DNA of 64,000 nucleotides from an uncultured bacterium (GTDB lineage Bacteria; Myxococcota_A; Bradymonadia; UBA7976; VGTA01): NCBI GenBank assembly GCA_943788935.1, contig CALSSE010000003.1, positions 150,493 to 214,492 of the forward strand, read 5' to 3'. Shown piece by piece: positions 56,861 to 64,000 of this stretch (position 1 is its first letter; each line of letters starts with the position of its first letter). The notes under the pieces were generated by a model. It saw only the letters and a program-made list of their open reading frames with translations, ran no database searches and was not told where the DNA came from. The position numbers and the translations under genes were made by a program.

Positions 56861-59625
56861 TGGGAGACCTCCATCGTTCCACTAGTGAGACCAAATTGCT
56901 CATGTACCCCTACCCTCTTCAAGAGTTCACTAGCGTCGATCTCTCTTCTCAATAATGCCTGATAAGCGCTGATCACTCGCTGAGTTTGAGTCGTGTCCTC
57001 CCACACGAACTCTAGTCTTAGCCGACCCACCTTAGCGTTCACCAATGAACTAGCTAGGCTCGCCGCAGTTTGAGCGCTCGCATTGAAAACAGTGTTTCGA
57101 CACTCTACATCGACGAGGACCGGATGAGCCTTACCTTTGTGATCACGCAACGCCACTCGGTGAGCTTCACAAGGACGACCACACGTTTTATAGTCCCGCC
57201 CATCACTGAGGAGATGCGCATATACACAATGCTCAGTGTGAAAGGTCGGGATATGGTGATGAATGGTGACCGCTACTGATGAAGGCGGTACACCTTTGAG
57301 GAGCGCTAACAGCTGACCTGAATCTAGGTCATGAGCCGCGGTAATAGAATCTAAACCATAGTCGAGTACATGAGCAGCAGAGAGACTGTTAGTTAGATTG
57401 AGTGAGAAATCACCATGCAAAACAGGTCTCTCCTCTAGGGGAATGGCTGCGAAATAAGTAAGCGCCCCCCAGTGACGTATTAACACCCCATCGGGTTTCA
57501 AGGTCTCTATTCTTCGATCATAGCCCGACTCTCCTGGCTTTTGAACTCTCACTGTAGCAATCGTCACTTTTAACCCTGCGCCCCTCGCCCTCTCCACGGC
57601 TTGTCGCAATCCAACAAACTCCATCCAATCAAGTTCTACCTCCTCGATCGCTCCCCAATGAGCGTGACCCTCTTGAGCGCAAGTAATCACTGCCTCTAGT
57701 TGCTCCATTGTCCGACAGAGGGGAACGAGCTGCGGAGTATCAAGAGGAGGGCGCGCTCCGTTTAGCCGTTGAACTTGAAGAGCTCTAGAGGCTGTTAACG
57801 CATCTTTGTGAATAGTATGTGCTCTCCTCTCTCTCATCTCTGAGATCAGCTCCTCGACAAGAGAGCGTCTTAATCTCTTCAGTGAGGAGACCGCTAAACC
57901 ACAAGAGCCATGTATATGTAATCGAAGCTCTCCTAACGAGAACGGTGTGCCGCCGAGAGCGCCTAACTTGTCTCTCAGGACTGACTCATCGAGGGGTCGA
58001 TCAATATTCAAGGCGAGGCTCTGCTCAGTCTCTAACTTGACCGTAAGCTGATTATATCTAGCGATCGGGCTTCTCACCGTAGCGCTCACAGTAAGCGGTG
58101 AATCGACTTGACCGCTCACGATGAGGTCTAGCGTTAAGCGACCCAAGCCGGTCTTCTTAGCGACTTGTTCCGCCTCTTTAGTAGCTCTTTGGTTAAGTTT
58201 TGGGTCATGATTAACCCAAACTCTCTGGCCAACATTTACTCTCGACCTCAATGTCTTGAGCGCTAGATCTCGGTTTGGTTGGTAGAGCCTAATAGAGACT
58301 TCATCTCCTTCATATCGAACTTCAGCGAGTCGACCACCAAACTCTTCCTTTTCCGGTGTTCCTTGATCAAAGACAACGCCCATCCCTGCTTCCGCACTGA
58401 GCTTGGAGAGTAGAGGCCCGCGTTCCCTTTGAGCCTCACCTCCCTCGATAAGCTCCGAGGTATCCTCTTCTACACCACTCTCATAAAGAGGCAGAGGGTC
58501 CGAGCGTAACCCTCTCGCCTGTTGATTATAACGACGACCATCACCTCGAGATGAGAGCCTTATCCATTCATCACTGATCTCTACAACATAACCGAGAAAG
58601 ACTCCTCGGTGTTTAGGGAAGCGACCCTCGACGAGACTCTGATGATCACTCCCTCCCAAGAACCCGTCACTGAAACCTCTAGAATAAGCGAGGCTGAGCC
58701 CTGTTAAATGATCAGCGAGCTCTCTCTGCGGGATGGACTCAGCGCACTCACCAGAGACCACTGCGTTAATCCATGATTGATACATCTCTACCGACTGCTT
58801 TACATAAGCGGGACCTTTATAACGTCCTTCGATTTTGAGGCACTCTATACCCATCTCTACCAGTGATTCAACAGCTCGGACACCAGCAAGATCTCTCGGA
58901 CTCAAGAGATACTTAATCTCTCCAAGAGGTCTCTCTTCACCATCTACGATGAGATCATAAGGCATCCGACAAGACTGAGCGCATTGACCGCGATTAGCGG
59001 AGCGCCCTCCCCAGGCTTCACTCGTTAAGCATTGACCACTCCATGACATACATAAAGCGCCATGAATAAACACCTCTAGCTCAAGATCAGTATGAGCCTT
59101 AAAAGTCTTAATTTGAGAGACCGTTAATTCTCTTGGAACAACCACTCGCGTCACCCCTAAGCCCGCGGCGAAGCGTCCCGCTTCTGGACTTGAGATCGTC
59201 ATCTGAGTGCTCGCATGTACCTCCATCGTCGGTGCGATCTCCCTCGCCAACAAAGCGACGCCTGGGTCTTGAACGATTAGCGCATCAACCCCTGCTTCTG
59301 CAGCTCTTTGTATCAGTAGAGCGACGCGAGAGAGCTCCCCCTCAAAGATTAAGGTGTTTACTGTGACGAGCGCTTTAACACCCGCATGGTGACAAAGGTT
59401 GACCACTTCATCGAGCGTATCACTAGAAATCCCATCGCTCTTCGCTCGAGCGTTGAAGAGACCATCTATTCCAAAATAGACAGCATCTGCACCTGCGCTG
59501 AGGGCCGCTCGAAGAGCGGTGAGATCTCCTGCAGGTGCGAGAACTTCCGGTCTCTTCAATGTATTTCTCGATGGATCTGTCTTTGGTCTCTCAGCGTGAT
59601 TCATCTCTTCAGCTCTCCTCAGCAC
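56857..59625 (-). CDS. Two-domain peptidase-U32-family protein (RlhA-like; Fe-S-type U32)
   Basis: U32 signature EVFIHGALCMSWSGQCLTSE with CX6CX15CX3C (CMSWSGQC...C AQSC). A second U32-like half follows (LHGDFSLNLTNSL...). 922 aa. Its stop overlaps the start of the CM-GDPD gene by 4 bp. Confidence 0.7.
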   Translation of the reverse strand: MLRRAEEMNHAERPKTDPSRNTLKRPEVLAPAGDLTALRAALSAGADAVYFGIDGLFNARAKSDGISSDTLDEVVNLCHHAGVKALVTVNTLIFEGELSRVALLIQRAAEAGVDALIVQDPGVALLAREIAPTMEVHASTQMTISSPEAGRFAAGLGVTRVVVPRELTVSQIKTFKAHTDLELEVFIHGALCMSWSGQCLTSEAWGGRSANRGQCAQSCRMPYDLIVDGEERPLGEIKYLLSPRDLAGVRAVESLVEMGIECLKIEGRYKGPAYVKQSVEMYQSWINAVVSGECAESIPQRELADHLTGLSLAYSRGFSDGFLGGSDHQSLVEGRFPKHRGVFLGYVVEISDEWIRLSSRGDGRRYNQQARGLRSDPLPLYESGVEEDTSELIEGGEAQRERGPLLSKLSAEAGMGVVFDQGTPEKEEFGGRLAEVRYEGDEVSIRLYQPNRDLALKTLRSRVNVGQRVWVNHDPKLNQRATKEAEQVAKKTGLGRLTLDLIVSGQVDSPLTVSATVRSPIARYNQLTVKLETEQSLALNIDRPLDESVLRDKLGALGGTPFSLGELRLHIHGSCGLAVSSLKRLRRSLVEELISEMRERRAHTIHKDALTASRALQVQRLNGARPPLDTPQLVPLCRTMEQLEAVITCAQEGHAHWGAIEEVELDWMEFVGLRQAVERARGAGLKVTIATVRVQKPGESGYDRRIETLKPDGVLIRHWGALTYFAAIPLEERPVLHGDFSLNLTNSLSAAHVLDYGLDSITAAHDLDSGQLLALLKGVPPSSVAVTIHHHIPTFHTEHCVYAHLLSDGRDYKTCGRPCEAHRVALRDHKGKAHPVLVDVECRNTVFNASAQTAASLASSLVNAKVGRLRLEFVWEDTTQTQRVISAYQALLRREIDASELLKRVGVHEQFGLTSGTMEVSQ

Positions 59626-59816
59626 TCTATTTGGCGCTATTCTCTATTCAAAAGATGCGAAAGTGAGCCTATCACAGTCTCTGTGATCAATCTCTCTTCA
59701 GTCTCGACCTATCTCTCTCGTTCGATGAGTCATCTCTTGTCTATATACCACTAGTCAATAGTCATACTTGCGGCATAGCGATTAATTGGCTAGAAGACCC
59801 CACAACCTCTCTTTGG

Positions 59817-60287
59817 TTGAATCTCTCTTATTCTATTTATCTGATCCCTCTTCTATTGGAGTTTGACATGATCCAGACCACACTAATCCTCCTCAAGCCT
59901 GACTGTGTAAGTAAATCTCTCGCTGGTGAGACCATCAAGCGCTTCGAAGGCGCTAACCTACAAATCGTAGGCTGTAAAATGCAACAACTCAGCTCAGCGA
60001 AGCTCGCAGAGCACTATGCACATATCGCTGACAAGCCTTTCTACCCTGAGGTTGAGGGCTTCATGCAGTCTGCTCCTGTGATCGCCATGGCGCTACGTGG
60101 AGAGAACGCGATCGCTCAAGTTCGTGAGCTCGTCGGACCTACCGATTCAAGCGCAGCGCCACAAGGGACCATTCGTGGTGATCTAGGTGAAGACAAGATG
60201 CGTAATATCGTACACGCTTCAGACTCTAGTGAAGCGGCTGAAGCAGAGCTCAAGCGCTTCTTCAGTCCGGGTGAAGTTTTAGTTTAA
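59817..60287 (+). CDS. ndk: Nucleoside diphosphate kinase
   Basis: The segment LILLKPDCV...NIVHASDS is canonical NDK, including the active-site His. Confidence 0.9.
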   Translation: MNLSYSIYLIPLLLEFDMIQTTLILLKPDCVSKSLAGETIKRFEGANLQIVGCKMQQLSSAKLAEHYAHIADKPFYPEVEGFMQSAPVIAMALRGENAIAQVRELVGPTDSSAAPQGTIRGDLGEDKMRNIVHASDSSEAAEAELKRFFSPGEVLV

Positions 60288-60343
60288 TCTAAGAGCTTCA
60301 GATGAGAGTCACACTAGATAAGAGCCATATGATCTAGGCCCCC

Positions 60344-62755
60344 TCACTTACATTTAAGTGGCACCTTGATCTGACTCTCTAAGTCATCGCCCCAATTCAG
60401 TATGACGGTCTTTGACTCACAGCCATCTTTTCTAAATTTGATCTCTATACCGCTCTCGCTTCGGATCACGTTTCTTTTATAAATAGGTGTCTTGCCAAGA
60501 TAACTGTTATTCATATAAACAGAGGCATCGGAGGGAATACTCTTTACCTTGAGAGTGCCTTTGGAGCGTTTAAGAAATAATCTTAGACTTTGCTCTTTGT
60601 TCTTGATGAGAGACTCAGGGCTGTAGACCACTCGTTGGTCTTTCGCTTCGTACCCTCTCGAATCTAGTTTAATAAGATACTCTACCCCTGGCTTCAGACC
60701 CTGTAGCAGTGCCGGAGTGAATTGGCCCGTGTCTTGACCATCACGATACACTTTCGCTCCTTGTGCGTTTGAAGATACTGAGAGTGTATAGCTCTTTGGA
60801 GTAGACGCTTTGAAAAGAAGAGGAGAGAAAGAGAGAGAGACCACCACCATAATCACCAAAAGTCCCAGCGTGAGGATGAGTTTTGAAGCGCTGCTTCCCC
60901 TTCCTCTTCCTCTCTTCTTCGACTGATCCTTTTGCTTACTCTTATTTGGACCCTTATCTCTCTCCTTAGTCCGGCTCTTTCTCTGTCGAGTAGCTTTACC
61001 CTTTCGTGGTGCCTTCTCCTTTGCCTCTTCAGTCTTCGTTATAGGACTCATCGGCTCAGGTTCTTCAGGATTTAATCTCTCCTCTTCTTGTTCGGATCTC
61101 TTGAAATGAAGCCCATCAGACGGAATTTCTGTACTGGCATTAGAGAATGGTGAAGGAAAGGAAGAGACTACTGGAGACGCAAGTGTAGGAGAGACACTTG
61201 GAGGAGGTGTAGGCGGAGGAGACACACTTGGAGGAGGTGTAGGCGGAGGAGACACACTTGGAGGAGGTCCGGGCGGAGTAGACGCGATCGGAGACTCCTT
61301 AAGATGCGTCAAGAGGCTCGTGTTAAATGCCTTGGTCTTACCCTCTTCCATTAGGTCGAATGGAAGGGTCGATGTGGTAGAGGATAAGAGAGACACCGGT
61401 GGTGGAGGTGGGGTAGTGCCTCCCATTAAGCCCTGAAGGATTGAGGAGTGTACCGCTTTGGTACGATCTTCAATGACATCTGCAGTATTAGGAGTTTGCA
61501 AGCTCGCGAACATCTCAGCGCTCACCGCTTTGGTCTTATCTTCCTGATTAAAATCACTCGTGACCTCTGACGATGCTATTACAATAGGCATCGGCGCAGG
61601 AAGCGTGCTAGACATAAGCCCACCAAAGGGAGCCGACACGTTTGAAAAAGATTCAGCGTTTAAGGCTTGGGTCTTGTCCGCATCACTAAAGTCAGTGGCT
61701 GGTCCATTGACTAACAGTGATTTAAATTGATCAGCACTCACCGCTCGGGTCCGCTCTTCCTGAGCCCACTCTGCATCATTATGTGGAGCTGCCGCTCCCT
61801 CTGTTGAGGATGTATTGTATTGAGAAGATGTACCCAAACCTAAGTCACGCATAAATAGGGTCATTCGCTCTCGTCCCGAAGAAGCTCTAAACCGAGAGAG
61901 ATAAGCGGCGAGGTCTCTCCTCATCTCATCGGCGCTGTGATAACGCTCTGCCGGCTCTGCTTGCAGCGCTTTATACACGACCCGTTCAAGCTCTGGAGGA
62001 AGATCGGGACGAATCACTCTCAAATTTGGGATTTGAGCGAGTCGTACCTGCTCAAGCAAACCGAGCCCATCCTCTGCGCCATATAACACTTCCCCAGCGA
62101 TCATCTCGAAGAGACATATTCCTAGGCTAAAGATATCGCTTCGATGATCAATCTGATCTCCCCAAGCCTGCTCGGGTGACATATAAGCATATTTACCTTT
62201 AATAATGCCTTGCTGAGTATGACTTTGTCGTTGATCTGCTTTGGCGATACCAAAATCGACTATTTTGACGTCGCCTGCATAAGATAGTTGAATATTTTGT
62301 GGGCTGATATCACGATGAATAATATTCAGAAGTTGGCCAGATGCATCACGTTTTGTATGCGCATAATATAGACCAGCACAGCACTCATGGGTCACCCATG
62401 CAGCAACCTCAAAGTCTATCACTTTTTGACGATTCTCACAGCTTACCAGTGCTTGATAGACATCACATCCATCAATGAACTCCATCTCTATAAAATACAG
62501 GCCTCGATCATGACCGAGCCGATGAGTATGAACAATATTAGGATGGCTCAGCTGAATCGATAATTCGGCTTCATCGATCAACATTTGAACAAACTCTCGA
62601 TCTTGGGAGAGATGCGGATGAATCACCTTGAGAGCGACCTCTCCTAGATTCCGCCCCTTATCTTGATTCATCGCTAAGTGCACTTCAGCCATCCCACCTT
62701 GGCCGAGTGACCGAATGAGTTGATATTGACCTAGCTTTTCATTCGGCTTGAGCAC
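60344..62755 (-). CDS. Ser/Thr protein kinase with a Pro-rich repeat linker, TM segment and C-terminal PEGA domains
   Basis: Kinase subdomains are present (GQGGMAEVH, HRDISPQN, DFGIA). The 30-bp x3 repeat gives PPPSVSPPPT. C-terminal KVYRDGQDTGQFTPALLQGLKPGVEYLI is PEGA-like. Confidence 0.8.
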   Translation of the reverse strand: MLKPNEKLGQYQLIRSLGQGGMAEVHLAMNQDKGRNLGEVALKVIHPHLSQDREFVQMLIDEAELSIQLSHPNIVHTHRLGHDRGLYFIEMEFIDGCDVYQALVSCENRQKVIDFEVAAWVTHECCAGLYYAHTKRDASGQLLNIIHRDISPQNIQLSYAGDVKIVDFGIAKADQRQSHTQQGIIKGKYAYMSPEQAWGDQIDHRSDIFSLGICLFEMIAGEVLYGAEDGLGLLEQVRLAQIPNLRVIRPDLPPELERVVYKALQAEPAERYHSADEMRRDLAAYLSRFRASSGRERMTLFMRDLGLGTSSQYNTSSTEGAAAPHNDAEWAQEERTRAVSADQFKSLLVNGPATDFSDADKTQALNAESFSNVSAPFGGLMSSTLPAPMPIVIASSEVTSDFNQEDKTKAVSAEMFASLQTPNTADVIEDRTKAVHSSILQGLMGGTTPPPPPVSLLSSTTSTLPFDLMEEGKTKAFNTSLLTHLKESPIASTPPGPPPSVSPPPTPPPSVSPPPTPPPSVSPTLASPVVSSFPSPFSNASTEIPSDGLHFKRSEQEEERLNPEEPEPMSPITKTEEAKEKAPRKGKATRQRKSRTKERDKGPNKSKQKDQSKKRGRGRGSSASKLILTLGLLVIMVVVSLSFSPLLFKASTPKSYTLSVSSNAQGAKVYRDGQDTGQFTPALLQGLKPGVEYLIKLDSRGYEAKDQRVVYSPESLIKNKEQSLRLFLKRSKGTLKVKSIPSDASVYMNNSYLGKTPIYKRNVIRSESGIEIKFRKDGCESKTVILNWGDDLESQIKVPLKCK

Positions 62756-62834
62756 TTTATCTGTCCTTATCGTAAAATAAGTCTCATGAGGTTTGACATG
62801 TACAATACAAGGCTAAACGATCCCTCAAAACCAT

Positions 62835-64000
62835 TCAATCTTGAAGAATAAATCGAAAAACATCGTCGAGCCTATAATGGCGAGGGAGCTTTTCATGTGC
62901 CTGCAGAGCCGGAGGCCAGACCTTGGCGAAAGGGAAATCCTGTGGAGTATACTCTTGAGGCCACGCTTTAGGGACTTCAGGAATGTTGAAAGGCACCTCT
63001 CCTCGCTCAGAATTCTTTGAAGGATTAATAAGGCGTCCAACGAGACTCTGTGGATCTTGATGAGGTCTTGTCGCCATACATGGACTACAAATAAAACGAC
63101 CAATTTCCACACTTTTGTGGAGTTTTTCAACAAAGTCATCCGTGAGTTGTCGTAACAGGAGCGGTAATCTAGCCTCTCTCTCAAAGGTGCGAACGAGATC
63201 ACACTTGTTGGCGATTAAAGCCACTCGCTTAATCTGACTCCTGCCCAGCACCTGTCCCCCTTTATTTTTATACTTCAATAGTTTTGAGAGCTCTCCTAGT
63301 AACCACTTTTGCTCATCGAAGGCGCCTCGTCCTGCCGATAAAAGGGCCGGGATATCAAGTAAAACGAGGAGCGTATCTGCTTGATTGACTTCACCAAACA
63401 ATGGCTTCAATAGCTGTGAACGATAGAGCTCATAATTTTTCTCTTGAGTCTCCAAAAACTCAGGAAGTCTCATCCGAGCGATTCCGGAGAGAGGAATAAA
63501 CTCTTTAGGTCCACTACCGTCACCAGGCGGTAAGCCTAAAAATCTTGCTTGGCTCACACTCTCTGCAGCTCCTCCATCAATTCTTCCACCATGGAGGTCT
63601 ATCATAAAGGTTGAGGGCGCTGTGAAGGTCTTATAATCGAAGATAAACTGAGTAAGACTCGTCTTATAAAGCCTGATCAATCTCTCTATGAACTGTTCTT
63701 GAGCGTCAAGATGTATGAGATAAGGTCTCGCCGCTCTTAACGCCTGTTTATCTTCTTCAATATGAAAGAGTACTCGATCAGCCCAATCAGAGTATTTCTC
63801 TATACGAGCGATGTTTAGATCTAGTAGCCTCTCTAGAGGGAATGTCATAAAATCAAGCTCATCACGTTTGAAGCGAGCTGATCTCTTAAAGGCGATACGA
63901 AACCTCTGAGTCGCGCTGTATCGTGACGGCCAAATTCCTCCACCTGCTTTCATTAAACGCTGAGCGAAAGTCTTATAAGGGAATAGAAACTGAGAGTCAC
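62835..64000 (-). CDS. YcjX-like (DUF463) P-loop NTPase family protein; N-terminus truncated by the window end
   Basis: The frame stays open upstream of the listed ATG to position 64000. NKxD-like G4 motif VALIANKCDLV. The expected N-terminal P-loop would lie outside the window. Family call is tentative. Confidence 0.35.
   Translation of the reverse strand, partial: DSQFLFPYKTFAQRLMKAGGGIWPSRYSATQRFRIAFKRSARFKRDELDFMTFPLERLLDLNIARIEKYSDWADRVLFHIEEDKQALRAARPYLIHLDAQEQFIERLIRLYKTSLTQFIFDYKTFTAPSTFMIDLHGGRIDGGAAESVSQARFLGLPPGDGSGPKEFIPLSGIARMRLPEFLETQEKNYELYRSQLLKPLFGEVNQADTLLVLLDIPALLSAGRGAFDEQKWLLGELSKLLKYKNKGGQVLGRSQIKRVALIANKCDLVRTFEREARLPLLLRQLTDDFVEKLHKSVEIGRFICSPCMATRPHQDPQSLVGRLINPSKNSERGEVPFNIPEVPKAWPQEYTPQDFPFAKVWPPALQAHEKLPRHYRLDDVFRFILQD

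Noticed and set aside
62825-63202. ORF 62825..63202 (-)
   Set aside because: Fully nested in a different frame within the YcjX-like gene 62835..64000, with no independent support.
1-64000. tRNA, rRNA and other structured RNA genes
   Set aside because: I scanned the intergenic regions of 100-430 bp (for example 14051-14383, 16486-16705, 31589-31890, 49914-50339, 59626-59816) by eye. No tRNA-like T-arm or acceptor patterns and no rRNA-like conserved blocks were seen. I cannot exclude small RNAs without covariance-model searches.

Overview
This 64 kb window is a densely coding stretch of bacterial chromosome at roughly 50% GC, with genes on both strands. About 55 protein-coding genes are supportable. 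The window edges cut a gene at each end (2..403 and 62835..64000). I found no rRNA, tRNA, CRISPR array, transposase, integrase or reverse transcriptase. Several families point to a Myxococcota/Bradymonadia-like deltaproteobacterial lineage: an FHA protein with an AgmX/PglI-type C-terminal domain, a MYXO-CTERM-like sorting tail, a Ser/Thr kinase with PEGA domains, and a CarH-like MerR/B12 regulator. This lineage call is tentative. Confidently recognised genes are cstA, a photolyase/Cry-DASH, trmB, a TrmI-like methyltransferase, a PLD with two HKD motifs, prkA, an HtrA-like protease, ung, CoA-transferase B, hemW, a class III adenylate cyclase, comF, parA/parB, a TlpA-like thioredoxin, ndk, and an intact oleABCD long-chain olefin (head-to-head hydrocarbon) cluster. 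The most interesting item is a translationally coupled pair on the minus strand. One gene is a two-domain, Fe-S-type U32 protein resembling RlhA. The other fuses an intact AroQ chorismate mutase to a glycerophosphodiester phosphodiesterase. Because U32 hydroxylases (RlhA, TrhP, UbiU/V) are reported to need prephenate, this looks like a dedicated prephenate-supply module. Other notable items are a lipoprotein with an anthrax-lethal-factor/PPEP-like (M34) HExxH...EsFAEsF signature preceded by 11 copies of a 14-bp tandem repeat; a parAB cassette bounded by inverted ~27-bp palindromic elements with 13-bp iterons and an AT-rich divergent promoter region; 12 perfect in-frame 15-bp repeats in a secreted Cys-rich lipoprotein; and a GGATC microsatellite in the promoter of a MYXO-CTERM surface protein. 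All calls rest on reading the ORF translations and on motif recall. No database search was run.
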